Origin: Pseudothermotoga sp. | GTDB lineage: Bacteria; Thermotogota; Thermotogae; Thermotogales; DSM-5069 | Direction: 5' to 3' | Assembly (NCBI GenBank): GCA_041640575.1 | Contig: JBEPZZ010000003.1 | Location: 39,709 to 103,708 of the forward strand | DNA length: 64,000 bases | Shown: in pieces, positions 8,117 through 18,280 of the stretch | How the letters are laid out: each line of letters opens with the position of its first letter | Numbering within the stretch: the stretch's first letter is position 1 | The notes under the pieces: model-generated | Told to the model about the DNA's origin: nothing | What the model saw: the letters and a program-made list of their open reading frames with translations, nothing else | Database searches by the model: none | Made by a program: the position numbers and the translations under genes

Positions 8117-8767
8117 ATGTCAGTCATAGCGACATGCCTTAAGAGATTTGTTCTGGAATTCTTTCCAAATTTGTGCCCACTCTGTGGAAGAAATATCAGA
8201 ATGGGAGAATTAATATGCTCTCCATGCCGAAGTGAGATAGATAAAAGTGGACTTTCAATCCGCTATGAAACTAATGATTTTGTTGCATACTTTTATGGCA
8301 GATATGATTCAAAATTGCGTGATCTGATACTTGCTTATAAGGATGGAAAGCACTGGAGATTATCAAACATAGTTGCCTTATTGCTGGCTAAACTTATTCT
8401 CCGTTATCCTACTTCTGCGCAATTAATCACATGGGTGCCTTCAAACCGTATTGCCTCTGAGGAACGTGGTTTCGAAACTATGCAACTTGTTGCACGAAAA
8501 TTGTCAAAAATTTTAGATATCCCTTCAAAGAAATTGTTGGAAACAAAAGCAAGATTCAGTTGCTACAGCTTGCCGGGAAAAGATAGGTCTAAGTTGATCA
8601 CTGGTATGATATATTCGGTTAATCACGTGAAAGGTGATATTATTTTGATTGACGATGTTTTTAGTACTGGAACAACCGTCGAAGAATGTGTAACGATTTT
8701 GAAATCTTTAGGAGCCAAGAACATAACAGTTTACTGCTTAGCACTCGCAGATGAGAGTATGAGGTGA
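8117..8767 (+). CDS. comF: ComF family protein (zinc ribbon + PRTase domain)
   Basis: CPLC...CSPC zinc ribbon, VP...ERGF, PRPP loop IILIDDVFSTG. Confidence 0.85.
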   Translation: MSVIATCLKRFVLEFFPNLCPLCGRNIRMGELICSPCRSEIDKSGLSIRYETNDFVAYFYGRYDSKLRDLILAYKDGKHWRLSNIVALLLAKLILRYPTSAQLITWVPSNRIASEERGFETMQLVARKLSKILDIPSKKLLETKARFSCYSLPGKDRSKLITGMIYSVNHVKGDIILIDDVFSTGTTVEECVTILKSLGAKNITVYCLALADESMR

Positions 8768-8797
8768 ATCTTAAAATCTGATTAGGAGGTGTGAGAT

Positions 8798-9835
8798 TTG
8801 GTTACATATGTACTTAGACGTCTTCTGCTTTTACCACTTATACTTTTTGGAATATCGCTGATTGTTTTCGGAATGATTCAAAGCCTTGGTCCCGACAGAT
8901 TACTCGCGGCTTACGTAAATCCTGGCATGCTGGATAAGCTTACCCCTCAGCAGCTTGAAAAGATTAAGGCAAAATACGGTTTGAACGATCCAATGATAAC
9001 CAGGTACCTAAAATGGCTGAAGAACACTGTGACGGGTGATCTTGGTTGGTCAGTAGTTGGGAAAGAACCAGTCAAAGATGCTATACTGAAAAGGCTTCCA
9101 TGGACTGTTGAACTAGCTTTGTATTCGATCATCCCGGTTGTTTTTGTTGGTGTTTGGCTTGGAGTGGTCGCTGCAGTCAATCGAGATAAATTTGTTGATC
9201 ATTTTGTCCGAATTTTTGCCGTTGTAGGTTGGAGTTTCCCAGATTTTGTCTTTGGGTTAATAGTTTTAATGGTGTTTTACAGTGTGCTTGGATGGCTTCC
9301 ACCTGGAAATTTGAGCTTCTGGGCGGATCAAGCCGTCAAATCTCCAGAATTCAAGCGCATAACTTCTCTTATCACAATAGATGCGCTTTTAAATGGTAGA
9401 TTTGACATCTTTGTAGATGCTCTCAGACACATGATTGGGCCAATTCTAACACTGTCCTGGTTGTGGTGGGCCTATCTTTTGAGAATCACGCGATCAAGTA
9501 TGCTCGAAGTTTTAACAAAGGAATACATTAGAACGGCGCGGGCTAAGGGACTTTCAGAGCGTGTGATAATTAACAAACATGCCCAAAGGAATGCCATGAT
9601 TCCAGTTCTAACCGTTGGTGGTGCAATGGTTATACAGTTGTTTGCGGGTACAGTGATCGTGGAAATGGTTTTCAACAGGACTGGAATGGGAAGCTTCACT
9701 GCAACAGCTGCAACGCAGCTTGATTATGCTTCAATAATGGCGTGTACGCTTTTTTACTCGCTGATATTGGTCTTAGGTAACCTTGTTATTGATATTCTGT
9801 ATGCAGCAGTTGATCCAAGAATTCGCTTAAGCTGA
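8798..9835 (+). CDS. oppB: Peptide/nickel ABC transporter permease (OppB/DppB), system 1
   Basis: YVLRRLL, GDLG, RITRSSMLEVL..EYIRTARAKGL, DPRIR. Confidence 0.9.
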   Translation: MVTYVLRRLLLLPLILFGISLIVFGMIQSLGPDRLLAAYVNPGMLDKLTPQQLEKIKAKYGLNDPMITRYLKWLKNTVTGDLGWSVVGKEPVKDAILKRLPWTVELALYSIIPVVFVGVWLGVVAAVNRDKFVDHFVRIFAVVGWSFPDFVFGLIVLMVFYSVLGWLPPGNLSFWADQAVKSPEFKRITSLITIDALLNGRFDIFVDALRHMIGPILTLSWLWWAYLLRITRSSMLEVLTKEYIRTARAKGLSERVIINKHAQRNAMIPVLTVGGAMVIQLFAGTVIVEMVFNRTGMGSFTATAATQLDYASIMACTLFYSLILVLGNLVIDILYAAVDPRIRLS

Positions 9836-9847
9836 GGAGGATGCATT

Positions 9848-10726
9848 ATGAGAACTGAAACAAAAAGGATGTTGAAACGTTTACTTCGGAATCCTTCTGC
9901 GGTTCTAGGTTTTTCGCTTCTAATGTTCTTTTTAATAATTGGAATACTGGCACCGGTCATCTGCCCTCCTCAATCTTACGATCCTTACATGATTCCAATA
10001 GTCACATGGGATAAGACACCAAGAGCTCCTTCCCCAGAACATCCTTTTGGTGTAATAGATGGTAGAGACATCTTTTACGGAGTTATTTGGGGAACAAGAA
10101 CCGCTTTTAAGGTGGGATTAACGGTTACACTTATTTCAACTATCATAGGTCTTATTGTAGGTTCGGTTGCTGGTTATTTTGGAGGTTGGTTAGACGAGAT
10201 TCTTATGAGAATCACCGACATTTTTCTTTCTATTCCTTACATTCTTGCTGCAATTGTTGTAACCGCATTTTTGGGGATGGGTCTTAACAAAGTGATGATT
10301 TCGCTAATCATGTTCGGATGGATGGCTACTGCAAGATTGATACGTGGTAACATCCTACAGGTGCGCGAAGAGCAATACGTTTTAGCTGCAAAGGCACTCG
10401 GATTGAAGGATTTTGTTGTCATAATGCGGCATATACTCCCCAATACCATTTTCCCGGTTGTAATACAAGCAACAATGAGAATAGGCTCGCTTGTTATAAC
10501 TGCTGCTGCTCTAAGCTTTTTAGGCCTCGGAGCACCAGTTGGTTATGCGGACTGGGGATCACTCCTAAATTTTGCGAGAAATTGGTTGCTTGGTTCATCA
10601 GGCGAAGCTTTCAAATACTGGTATGCGATAGTATATCCGGGTACCGCGATGGTCTTGTTCGTGCTGGCTTGGAACTTAGTTGGTGACGCTTTAAGAGATG
10701 CTTTTGACCCAAGGCTTAGAGGATAA
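9848..10726 (+). CDS. oppC: Peptide ABC transporter permease (OppC/DppC), system 1
   Basis: HPFG..GRD, HILPN, GDALRDAFDPR. Confidence 0.9.
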   Translation: MRTETKRMLKRLLRNPSAVLGFSLLMFFLIIGILAPVICPPQSYDPYMIPIVTWDKTPRAPSPEHPFGVIDGRDIFYGVIWGTRTAFKVGLTVTLISTIIGLIVGSVAGYFGGWLDEILMRITDIFLSIPYILAAIVVTAFLGMGLNKVMISLIMFGWMATARLIRGNILQVREEQYVLAAKALGLKDFVVIMRHILPNTIFPVVIQATMRIGSLVITAAALSFLGLGAPVGYADWGSLLNFARNWLLGSSGEAFKYWYAIVYPGTAMVLFVLAWNLVGDALRDAFDPRLRG

Positions 10727-10737
10727 GGAGTGGTACG

Positions 10738-11757
10738 GTGAAAGAACCCATTCTCAAAGTTCAAAACCTGAAAACTTATTTCTACACTGAAGATGGGGAA
10801 ATAAAAGCTGTTGATGGTGTGGATTTTGAAGTATATCCAGGAGAAACTCTTGGGATAGTTGGTGAATCTGGATGCGGAAAAAGTGTTACTTCTCTTTCGA
10901 TTCTTCGCATTCTTGATGAAAAAGGTAAGATTATTGAGGGATCAATAATATTTGATGGAACGGATTTAACAAAAATTACCGAGGAGCAAATGAGAAAGAT
11001 CAGGGGAAAAGACATCTCTATGATATTCCAGGAGCCGATGGTTGCACTAAATCCAGTTTTCACAATTGGTGAACAGATCATGGAAGCAATTGTGTTACAT
11101 CAAAGGGTTGAAGAAAAAAAGGCACGTGAGATAGCCATAAATTTGCTGAGGAAGGTTGGAATACCAGAACCAGAGAAGAGAGTAGATCAATATCCTCATG
11201 AACTTTCTGGTGGTATGAGACAGCGTGCGATGATAGCAATGGCACTTTCTTGTAAGCCAAAGATTCTGATTGCCGATGAGCCAACGACAGCACTTGATGT
11301 TACTATACAAGCACAGATAATGGAACTGATAAAAGATCTTCAAAGAGAATATGGTATGTCAGTGATATTAATAACTCACGACATGGGCATAATAGCTGAA
11401 AATGCCGACAGAGTTGTGGTAATGTATGCTGGAAAAGTTGTCGAGTACTCTGATGTAAAAACTCTCTTCAACGATCCTAAACATCCTTACACCTGGGGAT
11501 TATTACACGCAATACCTAGACTCGATATCGAACAAACAAGGCTTTACAATATCCCTGGAGTGGTTCCAAATCCTTTGAATTTTCCAAGTGGTTGTAGATT
11601 TCATCCAAGATGCGAATTTAGTGAGGACAAATGTCATAACGAAGAACCTGGGCTCATTGAGGTTATCCCAAATCATTATGTAAGGTGTTTCTTCTGGGAA
11701 AAAGTGGAGGAAGCAAAGAAGAAGGAAGCGGGTGAGATCACATGGAACCTATCTTGA
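10738..11757 (+). CDS. oppD: Peptide ABC transporter ATPase (OppD), system 1
   Basis: GESGCGKS, LSGGMRQR, ADEPTTALD, C-terminal Cys-rich oligo_HPY domain. Confidence 0.92.
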   Translation: MKEPILKVQNLKTYFYTEDGEIKAVDGVDFEVYPGETLGIVGESGCGKSVTSLSILRILDEKGKIIEGSIIFDGTDLTKITEEQMRKIRGKDISMIFQEPMVALNPVFTIGEQIMEAIVLHQRVEEKKAREIAINLLRKVGIPEPEKRVDQYPHELSGGMRQRAMIAMALSCKPKILIADEPTTALDVTIQAQIMELIKDLQREYGMSVILITHDMGIIAENADRVVVMYAGKVVEYSDVKTLFNDPKHPYTWGLLHAIPRLDIEQTRLYNIPGVVPNPLNFPSGCRFHPRCEFSEDKCHNEEPGLIEVIPNHYVRCFFWEKVEEAKKKEAGEITWNLS

Positions 11758-12923
11758 GTGTCCAAAAATTGGTGAAATACTTTCCTATAAAGGCTGGCGT
11801 TTTCAAACGTACAGTTGGATGGGTAAAAGCGGTCGATGACGTTTCGTTTGAAATAAATGAAGGTGAAACAGTTGGGTTAGTCGGCGAATCCGGATGTGGC
11901 AAGACGACAATTGGAATGACTTTGTTAAGACTTTATGAACCAACATCCGGAAGAATAATCTTTGCTGGGGAAGATACAACGTATCTTTTTATGACGCGTA
12001 TGAGAGCAAAGTCATACTTGACAAAGACATACGTTGAAAAGTTTCTAGATCTTCTCAGAAAACATGGTTCTGTGGATTCAGTTATCAAATCTCTTGACCC
12101 GGTTGATAAACACTATGCTGAGTTGTTCTTCTTCCAAGCAAGGCAATCTGCTGCAAGATTTTTGTCAATATTGTTATCCAGTATGGACGAAAAAAGGAAG
12201 AAATTTAGACGGAACGTGCAGATTATTTTCCAAGATCCATACAGTTCTTTGAATCCAAGAATGAGGATAAAAACCATAGTTGGCGAAGGCCCGGCAGCTC
12301 ATAGATTGGTTAGGGGAGAAAAAGAAATTGTTGAAAGAGTTAGATCGGTGTTAGAAGATGTAGGCATAAGTGGAGATTACATGTACAGATTCCCTCACGA
12401 ATTCTCGGGTGGCCAACGGCAAAGAATCGGTATTGCGAGAGCTCTTGCTTTATCGCCGAGACTGGTGATTGCCGACGAAGCTGTTTCTGCACTAGACGTG
12501 TCAATAAGATCGCAAGTGATAAATTTGATGAAAGATCTGCAGGCTGAACACCGGTTGACTTATTTGTTCATATCCCACGATTTGTCCGTAATTAAGTACA
12601 TGTGCGACAGGATAATAGTAATGTACCTTGGAAAAATCGTTGAGTCTGCTCCGAAGAAATCTTTGTTTGACAATCCATTGCATCCCTATACCAAAGCTCT
12701 GATGAGTGCAATTCCCATTCCAAATCCAAACATAAAAAGAAATCGTATAGTTCTAAAAGGAGACGTTCCGAGCCCAATTAATCCACCAAGTGGTTGCAGA
12801 TTTCACACCAGATGCTACATGAGTCAAGAGATATGTGCAGTTGTAGAACCTCAATTAGCTGAAATCGAACCTGGACATTTTGTAGCATGTCATTTTGTTG
12901 GAAAAAATGAGCAAAAAGATTAA
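11742..12923 (+). CDS. oppF: Peptide ABC transporter ATPase (OppF), system 1, with a ~65-aa insertion
   Basis: GESGCGKT, FSGGQRQR, ADEAVSALD, GCRFHTRC; extra segment before the Q-loop. Confidence 0.9.
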   Translation: MEPILSVQKLVKYFPIKAGVFKRTVGWVKAVDDVSFEINEGETVGLVGESGCGKTTIGMTLLRLYEPTSGRIIFAGEDTTYLFMTRMRAKSYLTKTYVEKFLDLLRKHGSVDSVIKSLDPVDKHYAELFFFQARQSAARFLSILLSSMDEKRKKFRRNVQIIFQDPYSSLNPRMRIKTIVGEGPAAHRLVRGEKEIVERVRSVLEDVGISGDYMYRFPHEFSGGQRQRIGIARALALSPRLVIADEAVSALDVSIRSQVINLMKDLQAEHRLTYLFISHDLSVIKYMCDRIIVMYLGKIVESAPKKSLFDNPLHPYTKALMSAIPIPNPNIKRNRIVLKGDVPSPINPPSGCRFHTRCYMSQEICAVVEPQLAEIEPGHFVACHFVGKNEQKD

Positions 12924-13509
12924 TTTTATTGGGCTACTAACGCTTTTGGTAATAGCTATTATTGCGATCAAGTTTTCTGAAAGAAGATTGCTGAATGTTT
13001 ATTTTGAATGTGATGAAAATTTAAAGAATCTTGTTCTTAACTTGCTCGGTGACATGAGCATTAGATACAAATTGCTTAAAGGCCCTAGTAGAGTTTCTTT
13101 GACAGTATTTGATGATAAAATACTTTATGATGGACAGGTATTTTTTCTCGACTGGCGCGAAAATATAGTAAGCAAAGTCGTCGATCACATATCAACGTAT
13201 TTCGGGTTCAACATCAAGGAAATAAAAACGTCTGTAACAAAACCCTTTTACAGAGAGATATATATTGATACTAAGGAAGGCTTGTTTTTCTTGAAGCTGA
13301 ATCCCCAAAATTTTGGTGCAGTTGACAATCACAGAATAAATGTGATAAAAATTATCATAACTGATCGTGCGAAGCCTTTTGAGAACGGTGATCTTGTTAT
13401 ACCAATAGAAGCACACCTGTTTGAACACAGTAGTGGAAAGTATTTCAGGTTCGTTTTTAACTTATTATCTAACGAGTTAGTCAGCGAATTAACACCGGGA
13501 GGGAGCTAG
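12907..13509 (+). CDS. Hypothetical protein with an N-terminal membrane anchor or signal
   Basis: 200-aa ORF filling the gap between two ATPase genes; hydrophobic FIGLLTLLVIAIIAI after KK. Confidence 0.7.
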   Translation: MSKKINFIGLLTLLVIAIIAIKFSERRLLNVYFECDENLKNLVLNLLGDMSIRYKLLKGPSRVSLTVFDDKILYDGQVFFLDWRENIVSKVVDHISTYFGFNIKEIKTSVTKPFYREIYIDTKEGLFFLKLNPQNFGAVDNHRINVIKIIITDRAKPFENGDLVIPIEAHLFEHSSGKYFRFVFNLLSNELVSELTPGGS

Positions 13510-13510
13510 T

Positions 13511-14494
13511 TTGGAAGTCATATTATCAGTGAAGAACCTTTCGACGTATTTCTACATGGAAGAAGGGATCGTAGCTGCAGTGGATGATGTAAGCTTTGAC
13601 CTTTCGCCCCAAGAAGTACTTGGAATAGTTGGAGAAACTGGTTCGGGTAAAAGTGTGACAGTGAAGTCGGTAATGAGACTCATAAAATCGCCGGGGAAAA
13701 TCGTCAATGGTCAGATAATTTACAAAGGTAAAAACATACTTGAAATCCCAGAAAGTGAAATGCACAAAATAAGAGGAAAAGAGATAAGTATGGTTTTCCA
13801 GGATCCAATGACCTCACTGAACCCATTGTACACGATAGGCGATCAACTCATGGAAACGATAATTCATCATCAAGATGTTTCAAAGTCTGAGGCGTATAAG
13901 CGTGCCGTCGAAATGCTCCAGCTTGTCCAGATTCCTGAACCAGAGAAAAGAATGAGGTCGTATCCATTTGAGTTCAGTGGTGGAATGCGGCAAAGAGTTG
14001 TAATAGCCATCGCTTTGAGTTGCAATCCTTCTGTGCTTATTGCTGACGAGCCAACTACGGCTCTTGATGTGACTATACAAGCTCAAATTCTTGATCTGAT
14101 GAGGAGTCTACAAGAGAAGTTAAGGATGGCTATGCTTTTCATAACGCATGATCTGGGAGTTATCGCAAGCATGGCACATAAGATTATGGTGATGTATGGT
14201 GGAAAACAAGTGGAATTTGGTTCGTCTGAGGATATTTTTTACCGATCAAGGCATCCATACACAAAGATGTTGCTTAGAAGTGTTCCAAGAATAGATAAGA
14301 AGATTGATCGACTTGAGTCAATCCCTGGACAGCCGCCTAGAATGATCGATATTCCGAAGGTTTGCACCTTCCTTCCTAGGTGTCCAAGGAGGACAGAAAA
14401 ATGTCAAACAAGCATTCCACCGATGGAAGAAGTAGAACCGGGTCATTTTGTACGATGCTTTAACCCAGTGAGAGGTGAAGAAGACAATGTCTGA
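13511..14494 (+). CDS. oppD: Peptide ABC transporter ATPase (OppD), system 2
   Basis: GETGSGKS, FSGGMRQR, ADEPTTALD, HPY domain. Confidence 0.92.
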   Translation: MEVILSVKNLSTYFYMEEGIVAAVDDVSFDLSPQEVLGIVGETGSGKSVTVKSVMRLIKSPGKIVNGQIIYKGKNILEIPESEMHKIRGKEISMVFQDPMTSLNPLYTIGDQLMETIIHHQDVSKSEAYKRAVEMLQLVQIPEPEKRMRSYPFEFSGGMRQRVVIAIALSCNPSVLIADEPTTALDVTIQAQILDLMRSLQEKLRMAMLFITHDLGVIASMAHKIMVMYGGKQVEFGSSEDIFYRSRHPYTKMLLRSVPRIDKKIDRLESIPGQPPRMIDIPKVCTFLPRCPRRTEKCQTSIPPMEEVEPGHFVRCFNPVRGEEDNV

Positions 14495-15467
14495 AGCTTT
14501 GCTCAGAATTATCAATTTGAAGAAATACTTTCCAATTAGGCAAGGTTTCCTGATTAAGAGAACCGTAGCCGAAGTAAAAGCGGTTGATGACATCAGCTTT
14601 GATATTGAGAAGGGTAAAACTTTTGCGCTAGTTGGAGAATCTGGATGCGGAAAAACAACTGTTGCACGAACAATTTTGAGACTTTTGGAACCAACAGCCG
14701 GTCAAATATTGTTTGATGGCACAGATCTCTCGAAGCTGAAGTACAAAGAATTGTTGCCTTATAGGAGAAGAATGCAGATTGTCTTTCAAGATCCGATGAG
14801 TTCTTTAAACCCTAGGATGACCGTAGCGCAAATAGTTACAGAACCAATTCTTTTCCATAAGGTTGTCAATAATAAGAAAGAAGCATATGATAAAGCCAAA
14901 ATGTTAATGCAAATGGTAGGTTTAAAGACTTTTCATTTAGACAGATACCCTCACCAATTCAGTGGGGGTCAACGGCAGAGAATTGCGATTGCAAGAGCAA
15001 TAGCCATCGAACCAGATTTCATAGTTCTAGACGAACCAACCTCCTCTCTTGATGTTTCAGTCCAAGCGCAAATTGTCAACATGTTTCTTGACTTTCAAGA
15101 TAGATTTAAATTTACATACCTGTTCATCTCTCACAATCTTGGGCTAGTGAGGTTTATCAGTCACAAAGTTGGTATAATGTACCTTGGAAGGATAGTCGAG
15201 ATGGGTGACACCGACGAGATTTTTGATGAGCCTTTACATCCATATAGTAAGGCTTTACTCTCTGCAACGCCAATACCAGATCCAGTTGTGGAGAGATCGA
15301 GAAAAAGAATAATTTTGACAGGTGGTGTTCCAAGTCCTATTTCTAGACCAAGTGGTTGTTTCTTTAGTCCTAGATGTCCATACAAAATTGATATTTGCGA
15401 AAAGGAATATCCCGAATTCCGTAAAGTATCTGAAAATCGCTGGGTGGCCTGCCACCTGGTGAAATAA
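14487..15467 (+). CDS. oppF: Peptide ABC transporter ATPase (OppF), system 2
   Basis: GESGCGKT, FSGGQRQR, LDEPTSSLD; ATG 14487 follows GAGGTGA. Confidence 0.92.
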   Translation: MSEALLRIINLKKYFPIRQGFLIKRTVAEVKAVDDISFDIEKGKTFALVGESGCGKTTVARTILRLLEPTAGQILFDGTDLSKLKYKELLPYRRRMQIVFQDPMSSLNPRMTVAQIVTEPILFHKVVNNKKEAYDKAKMLMQMVGLKTFHLDRYPHQFSGGQRQRIAIARAIAIEPDFIVLDEPTSSLDVSVQAQIVNMFLDFQDRFKFTYLFISHNLGLVRFISHKVGIMYLGRIVEMGDTDEIFDEPLHPYSKALLSATPIPDPVVERSRKRIILTGGVPSPISRPSGCFFSPRCPYKIDICEKEYPEFRKVSENRWVACHLVK

Positions 15468-15481
15468 GGGGGTGTTAGTTC

Positions 15482-17239
15482 ATGAGAAAATTTCTTTTAG
15501 TGGTACTTGCTCTCGCACTTGCTGTTGTAAGCATCGCAGCGCAGAAGTACGTGTGGTTCGATGAAACAAAACCTTACCTTGGTGCCAACGCAACAGGTCA
15601 ACGTGGTGGGACACTTGTAGCCCCACAACTCGGAAGCGGTCCTCGCACGATGAATTACGTTGTAGCTAAGGAAACTAGTTCCACAGATATTATAGGTGTG
15701 TGGATGGGTGCAACCATGATTGAAATGGACAACAAAGCAGTCATGCATCCCGGCTTAGCTAAGAGAGTAGAAGTTGAGGTCACAGACGACGAAAAAATGA
15801 TTATTACTTTCTACTTGAGGCAAGGAATTTCATGGTCCAATGGTCAACCCTTCACGGCTGAGGACGTTGTGTTCACAATTAACGATGTTTATACCAACCC
15901 TAATATTCCAAGCAGCACACAGGATGTTATCAAAGATTCCAAAGGCAGACTTCCAAAAGCTGAATTGGTGGACAAGTATACTTTAAGAGTAATCTATGAG
16001 GAACCATTTAGACTTGCCGTGAGATATATTGGTGGACTTTACTTGTTCCCGAAGCATATATGTGAGCCTTGGGTGAAAGATGGTACGTTCAGAGAAAAAT
16101 GGACAGTTGAATCAATCAACAAGAAGGAACTAGTTGGGCTAGGTCCATTCATCCCAGTTGAATATGTTCCAGATCAATTTGTCAGAATGGTCAGAAACCC
16201 ATACTACTGGAAAAAAGATAAGAATGGCGTTCAGCTCCCATATCTTGATGAATATATCAGAAAGATCATACCAGATTTAAATGCTATAAAACTGGCATTT
16301 GAAGCTGGAGAAATAGATGTATACGGTGTAACCGCTCAGTTCTATCCAGAGATCAAGAACAAGGCAAAGGAAAAAGGTTGGGTTGTTGGTATGGGTGGGC
16401 CAACCTTTGGAACAACATTCTTGACACTGAACTTCAACTGTCCAGATCCAGTCAAGAGAGCTTGGTTCAGGAATGAATATTTCAGAAAAGCCATTGCGTA
16501 CGCAATGCCAAAAGATCAGATGATTGACACATTGTTATCTGGACTTGGTAGAGCGCAGTGGGGACCAATAAGTGAGGCGGCAGCTGCTTTCTATAACGAC
16601 GCTGCGCTGAGAAAATACCCATATGATCTTGATTATGCAAGAATGATGCTTGAACTTGGCGGATTCAAGTGGGACGCACAGGGTAATTTACTTGATTCCC
16701 TTGGAAATCCGGTTCAGTTCATCCTCATGACCAACGCCGGAAACACGCAACGCGAAGGAACATGCAATATTTTGAGAGACGAACTTGCAAAACTTGGAAT
16801 CAAGGTTACATTCGTGCCACTTGACTTCAACGTGCTTGTTGAAAAAATGCTTAACACAGGAGATTGGGAAGCAATTGTGATAGGTTTGACCGGTTCTGAT
16901 GAACCACAAGGAGGAAGAAACGTCTGGGCCTTGAAAGGATCATTGCACTTCTGGAACTTCCATCCAGATGTTGCAAAGTTTGTAGATCCGGCAATTTATG
17001 AAGCTCCTTGGTGGGAAATTGAGATTGATAAGATTTTTGCAGAAAACGTTAAAATCCTCGATCAAAAGAAAGTCTTTGAAATGTTCTCAAAATATCAAGA
17101 ACTTGTTTCTGAATATCTACCTTTGATATATACAATCCAGCAAGAATACTTGTACGCTTACACTAATAGATTGCAAAATGTCAGTCCAACTGCATTTGGT
17201 GGAATGCTGTGGAACATAGACTGGATTTGGAAGAAATAA
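15482..17239 (+). CDS. oppA: ABC transporter substrate-binding protein, family 5 (OppA-like)
   Basis: Signal peptide; GGTL, LRQGISWSNGQPFTAEDVVFT, GLGPF, RNPYYW..LPYLD. Confidence 0.9.
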   Translation: MRKFLLVVLALALAVVSIAAQKYVWFDETKPYLGANATGQRGGTLVAPQLGSGPRTMNYVVAKETSSTDIIGVWMGATMIEMDNKAVMHPGLAKRVEVEVTDDEKMIITFYLRQGISWSNGQPFTAEDVVFTINDVYTNPNIPSSTQDVIKDSKGRLPKAELVDKYTLRVIYEEPFRLAVRYIGGLYLFPKHICEPWVKDGTFREKWTVESINKKELVGLGPFIPVEYVPDQFVRMVRNPYYWKKDKNGVQLPYLDEYIRKIIPDLNAIKLAFEAGEIDVYGVTAQFYPEIKNKAKEKGWVVGMGGPTFGTTFLTLNFNCPDPVKRAWFRNEYFRKAIAYAMPKDQMIDTLLSGLGRAQWGPISEAAAAFYNDAALRKYPYDLDYARMMLELGGFKWDAQGNLLDSLGNPVQFILMTNAGNTQREGTCNILRDELAKLGIKVTFVPLDFNVLVEKMLNTGDWEAIVIGLTGSDEPQGGRNVWALKGSLHFWNFHPDVAKFVDPAIYEAPWWEIEIDKIFAENVKILDQKKVFEMFSKYQELVSEYLPLIYTIQQEYLYAYTNRLQNVSPTAFGGMLWNIDWIWKK

Positions 17240-17247
17240 AGTCTGTT

Positions 17248-17270
17248 GGGTGGGGGCAGAGCCCTCACCC
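17248..17270 (+). terminator. Stem-loop after oppA (stabiliser or partial terminator)
   Basis: GGGTGGGGGC-aga-GCCCTCACCC, 10 bp with one G-U pair, followed by GTTTAAA. Confidence 0.7.
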
Positions 17271-17300
17271 GTTTAAATTATCACAAGGAGTGTGACCGAG

Positions 17301-18266
17301 TTGCTTAAGTATATTGCACGAAGGTTAGTGATTGCAATACCTGAACTATTCGTAATATCGTTTATGATCTTCATGATCATGTACGCTGCGCCTGGAGATT
17401 TTCTGGACCAGTACAGATTGGATCCAACTATTTCCACGGAAACCCTTGAAGCTATGAGAAAAGAATATGGTTTGGATCGACCAGCAATAATCCAGTACGC
17501 TACTTGGTTGAAAAATTTGTTTAAAGGAAATATGGGATATTCTTTCTACTATCGTAGACCTGTATCAAGTCTGATTTGGGAGAGGGTCAACGCCACTTTG
17601 ATTCTTTCTGTGAGCTCTTTGTTGTTCTCGTGGGCTTTAGGTATACTAACTGGGATATATTCTGCATTAAAAAAATATTCTTTTGGAGATAGAATCCTGA
17701 CCGTAGTCGCTTTGGCTTTAATTGCGACACCATCGTTTTTCTTAGGACTTTTGATGCTTTACTTGGCGGCCAAGACTGGTTGGTTCCCAATATCTGGGAT
17801 GATTTCTACTGGATACAATCAGTTTTCAAGCTGGCAAAAATTTAAGGATATATTGTGGCACCTGATTCTTCCGGTATCAGCTTTGAGTTTAGGGTCGTTT
17901 GCAAGCCTAATGAGGTACATGAGGGGTTCTTTGCTTGATGTTTTGAACGAAGATTATGTGACTTTTGCTCGGGCGAAAGGAATGCCTGAAAGGGTTGTGA
18001 TATACAAGCATGCTTTACGTAATGCGATAAACCCAATGATAACGTTTTTGGGATTCAGTATTTCTGGGTTGCTTGGTGGAGCTCTGTTCATAGAAAACGT
18101 CTTTGGCTGGCCTGGAATGGGTAGGCTCATTTATCAGGCCTTAATACAACAGGACATGTATCTTGTTATCGCGAGTGGACTGATAAGTGCCGTTCTCCTG
18201 GTGATAGGTAATTTGATTGCGGACATACTCTTAGCATTGGTTGATCCGCGTGTCAGGCTTACTTGA
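17301..18266 (+). CDS. oppB: Peptide ABC transporter permease (OppB), system 2
   Basis: LKYIARRL, APGD, DYVTFARAKG, HALRNA, FGWPGMG. TTG 17301 preferred to GTG 17292 on SD spacing. Confidence 0.9.
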   Translation: MLKYIARRLVIAIPELFVISFMIFMIMYAAPGDFLDQYRLDPTISTETLEAMRKEYGLDRPAIIQYATWLKNLFKGNMGYSFYYRRPVSSLIWERVNATLILSVSSLLFSWALGILTGIYSALKKYSFGDRILTVVALALIATPSFFLGLLMLYLAAKTGWFPISGMISTGYNQFSSWQKFKDILWHLILPVSALSLGSFASLMRYMRGSLLDVLNEDYVTFARAKGMPERVVIYKHALRNAINPMITFLGFSISGLLGGALFIENVFGWPGMGRLIYQALIQQDMYLVIASGLISAVLLVIGNLIADILLALVDPRVRLT

Positions 18267-18280
18267 GGAGGTCTTCAAGC

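Noticed and set aside
11976..12206. Possible intein in OppF
   Set aside because: No N-terminal Cys/Ser block, no C-terminal His-Asn followed by Cys/Ser/Thr, and too short; kept only as a domain insertion.
11272..14085. Near-identical ~44-nt stretches at 11272 and 14042
   Set aside because: Both encode the conserved ADEPTTALDVTIQA motif of paralogous OppD genes and differ at third codon positions; not a repeat element.
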